From positions 1 to 60,451 of the forward strand of contig JAQWOB010000011.1 of assembly GCA_029246085.1 (NCBI GenBank): DNA of 60,451 nucleotides, read 5' to 3'. The number at the start of each line of letters is the position of its first letter. Position 1 is the stretch's first letter. A model generated the notes under the pieces. The model was not told the origin of the DNA. It searched no databases and saw only the letters and a list, made by a program, of their open reading frames with translations. This DNA is from Gammaproteobacteria bacterium. GTDB lineage: Bacteria > Pseudomonadota > Gammaproteobacteria > GCA-002705445 > GCA-002716945. The position numbers and the translations under genes are program-made. This document shows positions 49,185 to 60,451 of the stretch, one piece after another.

Positions 49185-51283
49185 TATGATGCCTGTTGTA
49201 TTAAAGCTTCAGCTACACTTGATGGTAGTTCAGCATATTTAGTAAATTCCATTGTATACGTTGCTCTTCCTTGAGACATTGACCTTAATGATGTCGAGTA
49301 TCCAAACATCTCTGATAATGGTACTTCTGCTTTTACTATGTTACCCATTGCAGTATCTTCCATTCCAAGAACAATCCCTCTTCGTCTATTTAAATCTCCT
49401 GTAACATCTCCCAGATAATCCTTAGGGGTTACTGCTTCGACAGACATAACTGGTTCAAGTATAACTGGTCTAGCTTTTTTAGCACCTTCTTTAAATGCTT
49501 GTGATCCAGCTACTTTAAATGCTACTTCACTTGAATCAACATCATGAAAAGAGCCATCATATAAAGTTACTTTGACATCAACAACTGGAAATCCACCAAT
49601 CACTCCATTTTCCATTTGCTCGATAATTCCTTTTTCAACAGGGTTAATAAATTCTCTAGGTATTGCTCCACCCACAATAGCATTCACAAATTCAAAGCCA
49701 GTACCTGACTCTTGAGGTTCAAGTTTAAGCCATACATGACCGTACTGTCCTCTACCACCACTTTGTTTAATATATTTAGCTTCCTGCTCAATAGGTGTTC
49801 TAATTGTTTCTCTATATGCAACTTGTGGCTTTCCAACATTTGCTTCAACAGAAAATTCTCTTTTCATTCTATCAACAATTATTTCAAGATGAAGTTCTCC
49901 CATTCCAGAAATTATTGTTTGATTTGATTCTTGGTCTGTCGCTACTTTAAATGATGGATCTTCTTGTGCTAACTTGCCTAGTGCTAACCCCATTTTTTCT
50001 TGGTCAGCTTTTGTTTTAGGTTCTACTGCAATAGATATTACAGGCTCAGGAAATTCCATTCTTTCTAGTGTAATTATTGAATCTGGAGTACATAATGTAT
50101 GTCCAGTAGTTACTGTTTTTAATCCTACAGCTGCAGCTATATCACCAGCTCTTACTTCTTTAACATCTTCTTTGGAATTGGCATGCATTAACAATATTCT
50201 ACCAATTCTTTCTTTCTTCATTGTTGTTGCGTTATAGACTGAATCTCCGGCTTTAAGCACACCTGAATAAACTCTGAAAAATGTTAATGAACCCACGAAT
50301 GGGTCAGTTGCTATCTTAAATGCTAATGATGAAAATGGCTCATCATCTGATGATTTTCTCTCAGCAGGGGTTTCGTCTTTATCATCTAAAACTCCTGTTA
50401 TAGCAGGCACATCAATTGGTGCTGGCATATAATTTATAACATTATCTAACATTGTTTGTACGCCCTTATTTTTAAAAGCAGTACCGCACTGCGCTAAAAC
50501 TATTTCATTAGCTAAAGTTCTAATTCTTAATCCTTCTATAATTTTTTCAACTGGTAAGTCACCATTAGTAAGATACTCGTCCATAAGTTCTTCGCTTGCT
50601 TCAGCTGCAGTCTCTAATAGTTGTTCTCTTAATTTATTTGATTGATCTTGTAAGTCTGATGGGATATCTAAAGTTTCAAACTTCATTCCCATATTTTCCT
50701 CTTCCCAAATTATTGCTTTCATTGTTAGTAAATCGACAATACCTCTGAATTGATCTTCTGATCCTATTGGAACTTGTAAAGTGACAGGTGTTGAACCAAG
50801 TCTTGTTTTTATTTGCTCTACAACTCTGAAATAATCTGCTCCTGCTCTATCCATTTTATTTACAAATACCATTCTTGGTACATTATATTTATTAGCTTGT
50901 CTCCAAACAGTTTCTGATTGAGGTTCGACCCCACCTACCGCACAAAATACTGCAACAGCACCATCTAGTACTCGTAGTGATCTTTCAACTTCAATTGTGA
51001 AATCAACATGTCCGGGAGTATCAATGATATTAATTCTATGTTCCGGGAACTGGCCAAGACTGCCTTTCCAAAAACATGTAGTTGCAGCTGACGTTATAGT
51101 GATACCTCTTTCTTGCTCTTGCTCCATCCAGTCCATTGTTGCAGCACCATCATGCACTTCACCAATTTTATGAGATACACCTGTATAATATAATATTCTT
51201 TCTGTGGTAGTTGTCTTGCCAGCATCAATATGGGCCATAATACCAATATTTCTATAATTTTCTATGGGAGTCTTTCTAGCCAT
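49184..51283 (-). CDS. fusA: Elongation factor G
   Basis: 699 aa with [20 protein letters not shown] and DTPGHVDF. The stop overlaps the rpsJ start by 1 nt. Confidence 0.98.
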   Translation of the reverse strand: MARKTPIENYRNIGIMAHIDAGKTTTTERILYYTGVSHKIGEVHDGAATMDWMEQEQERGITITSAATTCFWKGSLGQFPEHRINIIDTPGHVDFTIEVERSLRVLDGAVAVFCAVGGVEPQSETVWRQANKYNVPRMVFVNKMDRAGADYFRVVEQIKTRLGSTPVTLQVPIGSEDQFRGIVDLLTMKAIIWEEENMGMKFETLDIPSDLQDQSNKLREQLLETAAEASEELMDEYLTNGDLPVEKIIEGLRIRTLANEIVLAQCGTAFKNKGVQTMLDNVINYMPAPIDVPAITGVLDDKDETPAERKSSDDEPFSSLAFKIATDPFVGSLTFFRVYSGVLKAGDSVYNATTMKKERIGRILLMHANSKEDVKEVRAGDIAAAVGLKTVTTGHTLCTPDSIITLERMEFPEPVISIAVEPKTKADQEKMGLALGKLAQEDPSFKVATDQESNQTIISGMGELHLEIIVDRMKREFSVEANVGKPQVAYRETIRTPIEQEAKYIKQSGGRGQYGHVWLKLEPQESGTGFEFVNAIVGGAIPREFINPVEKGIIEQMENGVIGGFPVVDVKVTLYDGSFHDVDSSEVAFKVAGSQAFKEGAKKARPVILEPVMSVEAVTPKDYLGDVTGDLNRRRGIVLGMEDTAMGNIVKAEVPLSEMFGYSTSLRSMSQGRATYTMEFTKYAELPSSVAEALIQQAS

Positions 51284-51286
51284 TTG

Positions 51287-51757
51287 TTACCACCTATAAT
51301 GCGCAAATGCTTTATTAGCTTCTGCCATTTTATGAACATCTTCTCTTTTCTTAACGGCGGAACCTTTACCTTCACAGGCATCTAATAATTCTGATGCTAA
51401 TTTATTCTTCATTGATTTATCATTTCTTTTTAATGCAGCATCTAAAATCCATCGCATAGCTAAAGACAATCTTCGTCTTGGGTTAACTTCTACTGGGACT
51501 TGATAGTTTGATCCGCCAACTCTTCTTGATTTAACTTCAACAGATGGACTTACGTTTTGTAGAGCTTTTTCCATCATTGATAATGGGTCCGCTTTATTCT
51601 TTGCACTCATAATTTCTAGAGCTGCATAAATTATTTTTTCAGCTGTTCTTTTTTTACCATCAGACATAATCATATTTGTAAATCTTGAAACTACAGTACT
51701 ATTGAAAATAGGATCTGGTTTTAGATATTTTTTAAATATAGTTTTTTTTCTAGGCAT
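51287..51757 (-). CDS. rpsG: 30S ribosomal protein S7
   Basis: 156 aa, beginning MPRKK, with [19 protein letters not shown] and ending AFAHYRW. Confidence 0.96.
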   Translation of the reverse strand: MPRKKTIFKKYLKPDPIFNSTVVSRFTNMIMSDGKKRTAEKIIYAALEIMSAKNKADPLSMMEKALQNVSPSVEVKSRRVGGSNYQVPVEVNPRRRLSLAMRWILDAALKRNDKSMKNKLASELLDACEGKGSAVKKREDVHKMAEANKAFAHYRW

Positions 51758-51766
51758 AATTTTTAT

Positions 51767-52141
51767 TTAAGCTTTTGGCTTTTTTGTTCCATATTTTGAT
51801 CTTCCTTGTCTGCGGTTTTCTACCCCTTGAGTATCTAGGCTTCCTCTTACAACATGATATCGAACACCCGGCAAATCTTTTACTCTTCCACCACGTATAA
51901 CTACAACTGAATGTTCCTGTAGATTATGACCTTCTCCACCAATATATGACGTTACTTCCTGACCATTTGTTAATTTAACCCTAGCTACCTTTCTTAGGGC
52001 AGAGTTTGGTTTTTTTGGGGTTGTCGTATACACGCGAGTACATACTCCTCTTCTCTGAGGACATGCTTCTAACGCAGGAACAGCTGTTTTATAAACTTTA
52101 TCCCTTCTTGGTTTTCTAACAAGTTGATTAATTGTAGTCAT
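51767..52141 (-). CDS. rpsL: 30S ribosomal protein S12
   Basis: [13 protein letters not shown]..., 124 aa from the internal ATG. The longer track ORF begins at a TTG that is part of the predicted -35 box. Confidence 0.95.
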   Translation of the reverse strand: MTTINQLVRKPRRDKVYKTAVPALEACPQRRGVCTRVYTTTPKKPNSALRKVARVKLTNGQEVTSYIGGEGHNLQEHSVVVIRGGRVKDLPGVRYHVVRGSLDTQGVENRRQGRSKYGTKKPKA

Positions 52142-52166
52142 AATATATCTTATATTTAATTCAAAA

Positions 52167-52195
52167 ATTCTATTCGCACAGCATATAGCTGTCAA
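52167..52195 (-). promoter_or_regulatory. Near-consensus sigma-70 promoter upstream of rpsL
   Basis: On the minus strand: TTGACA (52195-52190), a 17-nt spacer, then TAGAAT (52172-52167). It lies about 25 nt upstream of the rpsL ATG, in the 120-nt rpoC-rpsL spacer. Confidence 0.6.
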
Positions 52196-52261
52196 GCAGA
52201 TATTGCAACAAACATCTCATTAAACCTTGATTTTTAACCAATGATTTAATGAAATAATCGT

Positions 52262-55200
52262 TTAAACAGGATCTACTGGTGTTTCCTCATCAATAACTGC
52301 ATTCTTATTTTCCGTATAAGCGGTCATTTCTTCTGCTAGCTCTTTTTCAATTAGAGCAGTTTGGTCATCCTTGGTTTTTTCATTTCTCTTAGTTGATAAA
52401 CTCGTACCACATGGTATTAATCTTCCAACAACCACATTCTCTTTTAGTCCTCTCAAGAAATCCTTTTTACCATTTACAGCTGCATCCGTTAAGACTCTAG
52501 TAGTCTCCTGGAATGAGGCTGCTGATATAAATGAATTAGTTACGAGTGAAGCCTTGGTAATACCAAGCAATACAGGTCTAAAAGTTGGCAATAGAGCATT
52601 AGGATTTGAAGACTTAAGCTCGTCTATAACTTCTAACATAGCTGTTTTTTCCATTTGTTCTCCAACTATCAAGTCAGCATCTCCAATTGATTCTATTTCA
52701 ACCTTCTTCAGCATTTGCTTTAATATTACTTCAATATGTTTATCGTTAATAGCCACACCTTGAAGACGATAAACATCCTGAACCTCTTTCACGATATGTT
52801 CCGCTAACTCTGTAACACCTCTATATCTTAAAATATCATGTGGATCTAAAGCTCCTTCTGAGATGATTTCACCTTTCTCAACTTTTGCTCCCTCAAATAC
52901 ATTCAAGAGTTTTGTTTTTGCTAGCATTTGAACATGTTTATCTTCAATACCATCTTTATTTGTATAAGTTACTTCCAATCTTCTCTTGCCTTTGGTTTCT
53001 TTGCCAAATGAAACAATACCCGTCATTTCAGCAAGCTCAGCCTTATCTTTTGGAATTCTTGCTTCAAATAAATCAGCAACTCTAGGTAAGCCACCCGTTA
53101 TATCTCTTGTTCCCGATGTTTCTCTTGGAGTTCTAGCAATCGTATCGCCTATTCCAATAGCCATCCCATCTGTCAAAGATACATTAGACTTCGATGGTAA
53201 TATGAAATGAGCTGGTAAACTTGAGTTTGTTATATTCAAATCCATTCCTTTGCTATCAACCAATGTAACCATGGGTTTTAAATTTTTATCAAATGAAACA
53301 CTTGATTGATCTTTAATAAGTATTGAAGATATGCCTGTCATATCATCAGTAATTTTTTCTACACTGACTCCTTCAACAAAATCTACGAATTTAACAATAC
53401 CAGCTGTTTCTGTGATAATTGGAGTTGTGTATGGGTCCCACGTGGCAGTTGTCTGCCCCATTTCCACTTTATCTCCATCATTAATAGTAATAACGGAACC
53501 ATACGGAATTTTATATCTTTCTTTTTCTCTTCCACTGCCATCTAGAATCCCTAATTCTCCAGATCTAGAAACTACAACATTATGTTTTTCTGTATTAGCA
53601 ACCACATTAAGATTGTGATATTTTGCTGTTCCTGAAGATTTAACCTCAATACTGTTAGCTGCCACAGATCTTGATGCGGCTCCTCCAATATGGAATGTTC
53701 TCATTGTTAACTGAGTACCAGGCTCACCAATAGATTGAGCAGCTACAACACCAACTGCTTCGCCAGAAGATACCTGTCTACCTTTCGCTAAGTCTCTTCC
53801 ATAACATTTACCGCATATTCCATGTCTGGTCTCGCAGGTAATCGCTGATCTAACCCAAACTTCATCGACTGCATTTTGTTCAAGTAAAACTACATTTTTT
53901 TCATCGATAAGAGTGTCCTTTGGAAGAATTACTGTTTTAGAATTTGCAGCACTCAAGTCTCTTAATAAAGTTCTTCCTAATACTCTTTCCCTTAATGGTT
54001 GGACAATATCCCCACCCTCGATAAGTGGCTTCATGAGAATACCAGATTCGGTACCACAATCATCCTCTACTACAACTAAATCCTGAGATACATCTACAAG
54101 TCTTCTTGTCAAATATCCAGAGTTAGCAGTTTTAAGTGCAGTATCAGCAAGTCCTTTTCTTGCTCCATGAGTAGAAATAAAGTACTGCATGACATTTAAC
54201 CCTTCTCTAAAGTTTGCAGTAATAGGTGTTTCAATAATTGATCCATCAGGTTTCGCCATTAAACCTCTCATTCCTGAGAGTTGTCTAATTTGTGCTGCGG
54301 ATCCCCTAGCACCAGAATCTGCCATCATATAAATAGAATTAAATGACTTATGCTCTACTGTTTTCCCACCTTTTATCTTTGATTTCTCTACTCCTAATTC
54401 TTTCATCATCGCTTGTGAAACCTGGTCATTTGTATGCGACCAAATATCAACAACTTTATTATATCTCTCACCAGATGTAAGAAGACCTGAGTTGTATTGT
54501 TTTTCAATATCTTTAACTTCTTTCTCAGCAGAAATAACCATTTTCTCTTTCTGTTGTGGTATAACCATGTCATCAGCCCCAACTGATACTCCTGAAATTG
54601 TAGAATATTTAAAACCTGTATACATAATTTGATCAGCTAACAATACCGTTGCTTTAAGACCTGCAAGACGATATGAAGCATCAAATAATGCCGATATAGC
54701 TCTCTTATCTAGATCTTTATTTATATATGTAAATGGTATATCTTTAGGAAGTATTTCAGCTAAAACTGCCCTACCCACAGTAGTGGACACAATTTTTGGT
54801 ACAGCTGGCAAATCATCATCTTCACTTTCTTTAATCTCAATTCTCACTCGTATTTTAGCTTGCAAACTAACAATTTTTTGCTGATAAGCTCTATGAACTT
54901 CTTCCACATCACTAAAAATCATCCCCTCGCCCATGGCATTAGGTTTTTCTCTAGACATATAATAAATACCCAGAACAATATCTTGAGAAGGAACAATTAT
55001 TGGACTTCCATTAGAAGGCGATAGAATATTATTACTTGACAACATGAGCACTCTAGTTTCAACTTGTGCTTCTAAAGACAGAGGCACATGAACAGCCATT
55101 TGATCACCATCAAAATCAGCATTGAATGCTGCACATACTAATGGATGAAGTTGTATTGCTTTTCCTTCTATCAAAATAGGCTCGAATGCTTGGATGCCTA

Positions 55201-56494
55201 ATCTATGAAGTGTTGGCGCTCTATTTAACATTACCGGATACTCCTTGATAATTTCATCCAGAATATCCCAAACTTCTTCTCCCTCTTGCTCAACAACTTT
55301 TTTAGCAGCTTTAATTGTGGTTGTAATACCACGCAAATGTAATTTACCAAATATATGTGGTTTAAATAATTCTAAAGCCATTTTTTTTGGTATACCGCAT
55401 TGATGCAACCTTAAAGTTGGTCCAACAACAATTACAGACCTACCAGAATAATCTACCCTTTTGCCTAAAAGGTTTTGCCTAAATCTTCCACCTTTGCCTT
55501 TAATCATATCTGCAAGTGACTTAAGCGGTCTTTTATTTGTACCTGTGATTGCACGACCTCTTCTACCATTATCAAGAAGGGCATCTACTGATTCTTGCAA
55601 CATTCTTTTTTCATTACGTACAATTATTTCTGGAGCCTTAAGTTCTAATAATCTTTTTAATCTATTATTTCTATTTATAACTCTTCTATATAAATCATTT
55701 AAATCAGAGGTTGCGAACCTTCCACCTTCTAATGGTACTAAAGGTCTCAAGTCTGGTGGTAATACTGGTAGTACGCTGAGTATCATCCACTCTGGTTTAT
55801 TTCCAGATTTAATAAATGACTCAATCAATTTTAAACGTTTTACATTTCTTTTATTTTTGGCTTGAGACTTCGTATGAGCAATCTCATCTTTTAAATCTTC
55901 AAATGTTTTCTTGAGCTCAATTTCTTGCAATAATTCCATTATAGCTTCAGCGCCCATTCCTACTTTTAAATCCGTACCATATTCACCTATAGCTTGCTGA
56001 TAAGCATCTTCAGATAACAACTGTCCTCTTTCCAAAGGTGTCAAACCCCCATCTATTACGATATATGCTTCAAAGTAGAGAGCTTTTTCAATTTCTCTTA
56101 AAGTCATATCTAGCATTAATCCAATTCTTGACGGTAATGATCTTAAATACCAGATATGAGCAACTGGTGATGCTAATTCAATGTGCCCCATTCTGTCTCT
56201 TCTGACTTTAGACAAGGTAACTTCAACGCCACATTTTTCACAGATAACCCCTCTATGTTTTAACCTCTTATACTTGCCGCATAGACATTCATAATCTTTT
56301 ATAGGGCCAAAAATTTTCGCACAGAATAAGCCATCTCTTTCTGGTTTAAATGTTCTATAGTTAATTGTTTCAGGCTTACGGACTTCTCCATAAGACCAAG
56401 ATCTCATGAGATCAGGTGAAGCTAAGGAGATTTTAATATGATCAAAATTATCTTCTTTAGTAGTTTTTTTAAACAAATTTAACATGTCTTTCAT
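52262..56494 (-). CDS. rpoC: DNA-directed RNA polymerase subunit beta'
   Basis: 1410 aa with the zinc motif [23 protein letters not shown] and the catalytic [12 protein letters not shown]. Confidence 0.98.
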   Translation of the reverse strand: MKDMLNLFKKTTKEDNFDHIKISLASPDLMRSWSYGEVRKPETINYRTFKPERDGLFCAKIFGPIKDYECLCGKYKRLKHRGVICEKCGVEVTLSKVRRDRMGHIELASPVAHIWYLRSLPSRIGLMLDMTLREIEKALYFEAYIVIDGGLTPLERGQLLSEDAYQQAIGEYGTDLKVGMGAEAIMELLQEIELKKTFEDLKDEIAHTKSQAKNKRNVKRLKLIESFIKSGNKPEWMILSVLPVLPPDLRPLVPLEGGRFATSDLNDLYRRVINRNNRLKRLLELKAPEIIVRNEKRMLQESVDALLDNGRRGRAITGTNKRPLKSLADMIKGKGGRFRQNLLGKRVDYSGRSVIVVGPTLRLHQCGIPKKMALELFKPHIFGKLHLRGITTTIKAAKKVVEQEGEEVWDILDEIIKEYPVMLNRAPTLHRLGIQAFEPILIEGKAIQLHPLVCAAFNADFDGDQMAVHVPLSLEAQVETRVLMLSSNNILSPSNGSPIIVPSQDIVLGIYYMSREKPNAMGEGMIFSDVEEVHRAYQQKIVSLQAKIRVRIEIKESEDDDLPAVPKIVSTTVGRAVLAEILPKDIPFTYINKDLDKRAISALFDASYRLAGLKATVLLADQIMYTGFKYSTISGVSVGADDMVIPQQKEKMVISAEKEVKDIEKQYNSGLLTSGERYNKVVDIWSHTNDQVSQAMMKELGVEKSKIKGGKTVEHKSFNSIYMMADSGARGSAAQIRQLSGMRGLMAKPDGSIIETPITANFREGLNVMQYFISTHGARKGLADTALKTANSGYLTRRLVDVSQDLVVVEDDCGTESGILMKPLIEGGDIVQPLRERVLGRTLLRDLSAANSKTVILPKDTLIDEKNVVLLEQNAVDEVWVRSAITCETRHGICGKCYGRDLAKGRQVSSGEAVGVVAAQSIGEPGTQLTMRTFHIGGAASRSVAANSIEVKSSGTAKYHNLNVVANTEKHNVVVSRSGELGILDGSGREKERYKIPYGSVITINDGDKVEMGQTTATWDPYTTPIITETAGIVKFVDFVEGVSVEKITDDMTGISSILIKDQSSVSFDKNLKPMVTLVDSKGMDLNITNSSLPAHFILPSKSNVSLTDGMAIGIGDTIARTPRETSGTRDITGGLPRVADLFEARIPKDKAELAEMTGIVSFGKETKGKRRLEVTYTNKDGIEDKHVQMLAKTKLLNVFEGAKVEKGEIISEGALDPHDILRYRGVTELAEHIVKEVQDVYRLQGVAINDKHIEVILKQMLKKVEIESIGDADLIVGEQMEKTAMLEVIDELKSSNPNALLPTFRPVLLGITKASLVTNSFISAASFQETTRVLTDAAVNGKKDFLRGLKENVVVGRLIPCGTSLSTKRNEKTKDDQTALIEKELAEEMTAYTENKNAVIDEETPVDPV

Positions 56495-56504
56495 AATAAA
56501 CTCC

Positions 56505-59500
56505 TTAAGTTTCTTTGTTCTCTAAATCAAGGTCAATATTGATACCTAGAGACCTTATTTCTTTTAATAGCACATTAAACGATTCCGGAACATGTGCTTC
56601 TGAAGTAAAGTCACCGTCTACAATATTCTTGTATATACGATTCCTTCCGGCAACATCATCAGATTTAACGGTTAACATTTCCTGTAAAGTATGGGTTGCA
56701 CCATATGCCTGCAATGCCCAAACTTCCATTTCTCCAAATCGTTGTCCACCAAACTGTGCTTTACCACCCAACGGTTGCTGAGTAACTAAACTATATGGCC
56801 CTGTAGAACGAGCATGCATTTTATCATCAACTAAATGGTTTAGTTTAATAATATACATATAACCAATGGTTACTGGTCTATCAAACATTTCTCCAGTCCT
56901 TCCATCAAATAATTCAGCTTGACCACTTACAGGTAAATCAGCAAGCTCTAGCATTGCTTTAATTTCTTGCTCTGATGCTCCATCAAAAACTGGTGTCGCC
57001 ATTGGAACACCTAATCTTAAATTATCTGCTAGTATATCTATCTCATTATCAGAAAAACTTTTTAGATCATGCTTTTCAAATCCTGGGCATGTAGAATAAA
57101 CTTCTCCTAGATAGCTTCTAAGTTTTTTTGGATTAGCCTTATCATCTGCCATTTCAGCAATCTTAAATCCTATGCCTTTCGCTGCCCAGCCTAAGTGGGT
57201 TTCAAGAACCTGTCCAACATTCATTCTTGAAGGAACGCCTAATGGGTTTAATACCACATCAACTGGTCTACCATCTGCAGTATGAGGCATATCTTCAACT
57301 GGAACTATTTGTGAAATCACACCCTTATTTCCATGTCTTCCAGCCATTTTATCGCCTGGCTGCAATGTTCTTTTCACCGCCAAATAAACTTTAACTTTTT
57401 TCTGTATTCCAGGACCCAAGTCATCATGTTGTGATATTTTTTGAGTAATATTCTCTAAGTCTTCAGAAAATTTTTCTGCTAATTTATCAAATTGGCTAGA
57501 AATAGCTGCAAGAGAAATATTTCCAGATTCTGTTTTTAAAGTAAATTTAAATAACTCTGAATTATCAATTTCTTCGAGCATCACAGATGTAACTTTTGTT
57601 CCTGATTTAATATTACCCGGAGCTTTTGTCACCTGTTTGTTTGATATAAGTTTTCTTACCCTTGAGTAAAGATTTTCTTGATTAATTCTAAGCTCATCTT
57701 CTAAGTTTTTTCTAGCTGCCTTGATAGCTTCCACTTGTATCTCAAGCGCTCTTTTATCTTTATCAATACCTTCTCTAGTGAATACTCTAACGTCTATCAC
57801 AGTTCCATCCATTCCAGATGGGACTTTCAATGAAGTATCTTTAACGTCAGATGCTTTTTCACCAAATATTGCTCTCAATAACTTTTCTTCTGGAGTAAGC
57901 TGACTTTCTCCTTTCGGTGTAACTTTACCAACTAATATATCACTTGCTTTAACTTCAGCTCCAACATAAACAATTCCAGATTCATCCAGTTTACCAAGCA
58001 AACTTTCGCTTACATTAGGAATATCTGACGTAATCTCTTCAGAACCAAGCTTAGTGTCTCTCGCTACACATTCAAGTTCCTCAATATGTATCGACGTAAA
58101 CCTATCTTCCTCAACAACTCTTTCTGATACTAGAATAGAATCTTCGAAGTTATATCCATTCCAAGTCATAAATGCAATGAGGATATTCTGACCAAGAGCT
58201 AATTCTCCTAAATCTGTAGATGGACCATCAGCGATAACATCATTTTTTTCTATAATATCACCGGTGCTTACGAGTGGTTTTTGGTTAATACAAGTGTTTT
58301 GATTTGTTCTCGTATATTTAGTTAATGTATAAATATCTACTCCAGTATCATCCGCATCTAATACTTCTAGTTCATTTACATTAACAATTATTCTTGATGC
58401 ATCAACATAATCTACCACTCCACCTCTTTTGGCAGTAAATGAAGCACCTGAATCAATAGCAACAGTTTTTTCAATACCTGTTCCAACAATTGGCTTTTCT
58501 GGCTTAAGTATAGGTACAGCTTGTCTTTGCATGTTAGATCCCATAAGTGCTCTATTCGCATCATCATGCTCTAGAAACGGTATTAATGCAGCTGCAACAG
58601 ATACAACCTGTTTAGGCGATACATCCATTAACTGTACTTTTTCTGGAGAAGAAATTATAAACTCATTGTTATTTCTACAAGAAATTAAATCTCCCATCAT
58701 TTTATTATTTTTATCTAATTCAGTATTTGCCTGAGCAATTATATATTTGCTTTCTTCAATAGCAGATAACCACTGTATGTCATTCTTAACTTTATTTTTT
58801 TCTACTACCCTGTATGGGGTTTCTAAAAACCCATAATTATTAGTTCTTGAAAAAGTTGCAAGCGAGTTGATTAGTCCAATATTTGGACCTTCTGGAGTTT
58901 CTATAGGACAAACCCTGCCATAATGGGTAGGATGTACATCTCTCACTTCAAATCCAGCTCTCTCACGTGTTAAACCACCAGGTCCTAACGCAGATATTCT
59001 TCTTTTATGTGTAATTTCAGCAAGAGGATTATTTTGGTCCATAAATTGTGACAACTGACTTGTTCCAAAGAATTCTTTGAGTGTTGCAGTGATAGGTTTT
59101 GAATTAACAAGATCTTTTGGTTGAAGTCTATCAGCCATTTCCATTGTACTCATTCTCTCTTTCACAGCTTTTTCAACTCTAACTAAACCAATTCTAAATA
59201 CATTTTCAACCATCTCTCCAACACATTTCACTCTTCTATTTCCTAGATGATCAATATCATCAACAGAGTCATATCCGTTTCTAATATTAACTAATGTTCT
59301 TAAAACTTCGATTATATCTTCATTTGATAATATGCCTTCGCCTTCTGTTTCAGTTCTACCAACCCGGGTATTAAATTTCATTCTACCTACTGCAGATAAA
59401 TCATATCTGTCGGTTGATTGGAATAAATTTGTAAACAACATAGATGCTGCATCTTTGGTTGGAGGCTCGCCTGGTCTCATCATTCTATAAATCTCTATGA

Positions 59501-60451
59501 GAGCTGTTTCTTGATCAGTTGTAGGATCAACATCCAATGTATTACATATGAATGGCCCTCTATCAAGTTCATTAGTATGAAGTATCTCAAATTTATTCAA
59601 TCCAGTATCTATTATAGTGGCAACTAGTTCTTGTGTAATTTGCTGGTTGCAAGATAAGATTACCTCACCAGTTTTTTTATCTATGACGTCACTAGAAATT
59701 CTTTTACCCCATAGGAATTCATTTGGCACAGGGAAACTTTTCATTTTGGCTTTTTTAGCTGCCTCAATATGCTGTATATTAATTCTCTTACCTTTTGCTA
59801 CAATAACTTTTTTACCATGCAGTATATCAAAAGCAGCAATACTTCCCTTAAGGTCATCTAATTTCTGTTCAATAAAAAATTGTTCTTTCTCAATAGTAAC
59901 CTTATTGCTATCATAGAATAAATCTATGATTTGCTTTGTGTCATAACCTAGAGCTCTTAATATAATTGTTGACGCTATCTTTCTTCTTCTATCAATCCTT
60001 GCAAAGATAATATCTTTTTGATCAAACTCAAAATCTAACCAAGATCCACGGTATGGTATTACTCTTGCTGAAAATAATAACTTACCAGACGAATGTGTTT
60101 TGCCACGATCATGGTCAAAAAATACACCAGGCGATCTATGTAATTGAGATACAACAACTCTTTCGGTACCATTTATAATAAATGTCCCAAACTTAGTCAT
60201 TATAGGCATGTCACCTAGGAAGACTTCTTTATTTTCAAATATTTCTAATTTTCCAGGAGATTTAGGGTCAATATTTACCGATAATTTTAAATCTACTTTA
60301 ATAGGAACAGAGTAACTTTTACCAGTTATTCTACACTCTTCTTCACTATACTCTTCTTTACCTAGTGTGAATTTACTATATTCTAATTTACAGTTATTAG
60401 CATAATCGTATATAGGAAATACAGATTTAAAAACATCATTCAATGCAGAGT
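56505..60451 (-). CDS. rpoB: DNA-directed RNA polymerase subunit beta; N-terminus lies outside the window
   Basis: The frame stays open to the window edge. The track start at 60443 is an internal TTG, and the preceding codons read ..SA, continuing the protein. The sequence matches RpoB from about residue 55 onward (VFPI...; [13 protein letters not shown]). Confidence 0.97.
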   Translation of the reverse strand, partial: SALNDVFKSVFPIYDYANNCKLEYSKFTLGKEEYSEEECRITGKSYSVPIKVDLKLSVNIDPKSPGKLEIFENKEVFLGDMPIMTKFGTFIINGTERVVVSQLHRSPGVFFDHDRGKTHSSGKLLFSARVIPYRGSWLDFEFDQKDIIFARIDRRRKIASTIILRALGYDTKQIIDLFYDSNKVTIEKEQFFIEQKLDDLKGSIAAFDILHGKKVIVAKGKRINIQHIEAAKKAKMKSFPVPNEFLWGKRISSDVIDKKTGEVILSCNQQITQELVATIIDTGLNKFEILHTNELDRGPFICNTLDVDPTTDQETALIEIYRMMRPGEPPTKDAASMLFTNLFQSTDRYDLSAVGRMKFNTRVGRTETEGEGILSNEDIIEVLRTLVNIRNGYDSVDDIDHLGNRRVKCVGEMVENVFRIGLVRVEKAVKERMSTMEMADRLQPKDLVNSKPITATLKEFFGTSQLSQFMDQNNPLAEITHKRRISALGPGGLTRERAGFEVRDVHPTHYGRVCPIETPEGPNIGLINSLATFSRTNNYGFLETPYRVVEKNKVKNDIQWLSAIEESKYIIAQANTELDKNNKMMGDLISCRNNNEFIISSPEKVQLMDVSPKQVVSVAAALIPFLEHDDANRALMGSNMQRQAVPILKPEKPIVGTGIEKTVAIDSGASFTAKRGGVVDYVDASRIIVNVNELEVLDADDTGVDIYTLTKYTRTNQNTCINQKPLVSTGDIIEKNDVIADGPSTDLGELALGQNILIAFMTWNGYNFEDSILVSERVVEEDRFTSIHIEELECVARDTKLGSEEITSDIPNVSESLLGKLDESGIVYVGAEVKASDILVGKVTPKGESQLTPEEKLLRAIFGEKASDVKDTSLKVPSGMDGTVIDVRVFTREGIDKDKRALEIQVEAIKAARKNLEDELRINQENLYSRVRKLISNKQVTKAPGNIKSGTKVTSVMLEEIDNSELFKFTLKTESGNISLAAISSQFDKLAEKFSEDLENITQKISQHDDLGPGIQKKVKVYLAVKRTLQPGDKMAGRHGNKGVISQIVPVEDMPHTADGRPVDVVLNPLGVPSRMNVGQVLETHLGWAAKGIGFKIAEMADDKANPKKLRSYLGEVYSTCPGFEKHDLKSFSDNEIDILADNLRLGVPMATPVFDGASEQEIKAMLELADLPVSGQAELFDGRTGEMFDRPVTIGYMYIIKLNHLVDDKMHARSTGPYSLVTQQPLGGKAQFGGQRFGEMEVWALQAYGATHTLQEMLTVKSDDVAGRNRIYKNIVDGDFTSEAHVPESFNVLLKEIRSLGINIDLDLENKET

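Noticed and set aside
49045-49242. Plus-strand 65-aa ORF with a repeated [10 protein letters not shown] motif
   Set aside because: It is the antisense shadow of the rpsJ 30-bp repeats and runs into the fusA 3' end. It has no independent start context. The sense frame is continuous with canonical S10.
52142-52195. N-terminally extended versions of rpsL (to 52195), rplV (to 45917), rplQ (to 36151), rpsH (to 42437), holA (to 18193) and the dehydrogenase (from 18047)
   Set aside because: The extensions overlap upstream genes or the predicted rpsL promoter and have no counterpart in homologues. Internal ATGs reproduce the canonical N-termini and lengths.

Overview
AT-rich (about 30% GC by eye), extremely gene-dense chromosomal segment. 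No rRNA, tRNA, CRISPR array, transposase or integrase was seen. Gene order is gammaproteobacterial: secY-rpmJ-rpsM-rpsK-rpsD-rpoA-rplQ with no adk or infA; miaB-phoH-ybeY-corC-lnt-leuS-lptE; yhdP-CN hydrolase-tldD-pmbA; ssb and uvrA divergent. Left to right the window holds: the tail of an AGCS symporter; nadC; a 10-gene Mrp/Mbh-type cation/proton antiporter cluster (1.0-8.1 kb); pmbA-tldD-nitrilase-yhdP; rsfS-nadD-proA-holA; a ~6 kb accessory-looking block (18.1-24.1 kb); lptE-leuS-lnt-corC-ybeY-phoH-miaB-ssb; uvrA; then one uninterrupted minus-strand block rpoB-rpoC / rpsL-rpsG-fusA-rpsJ...rplQ (35.7-60.4 kb). The best candidate for an undescribed system is in the accessory block. It is an operon of a rubredoxin-less rubrerythrin, an HdrD/GlpC-like CCG-domain Fe-S protein and a DUF3501 protein. 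It lies next to an Irr-like (Cys-less, HHH-motif) Fur-family regulator and is preceded by a perfect match to the alphaproteobacterial iron control element TTTAGAA-N3-TTCTAAA. Other notable points: (1) rpsJ has a 51-codon N-terminal extension built from four perfect in-frame 30-bp tandem repeats. (2) tuf is absent between fusA and rpsJ, which are joined by a TAATG overlap. (3) The str, S10, spc and alpha operons are fused with almost no leader space. (4) The catalytic N-terminus of nadD lies upstream of any canonical start codon. (5) The Mrp cluster follows the gene order of the Mbh membrane arm, has three antiporter-like subunits and has no redox module. (6) A 402-bp gap between ssb and uvrA is non-coding by the supplied ORF track. 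All family assignments come from reading the translations by eye. No database search was run.
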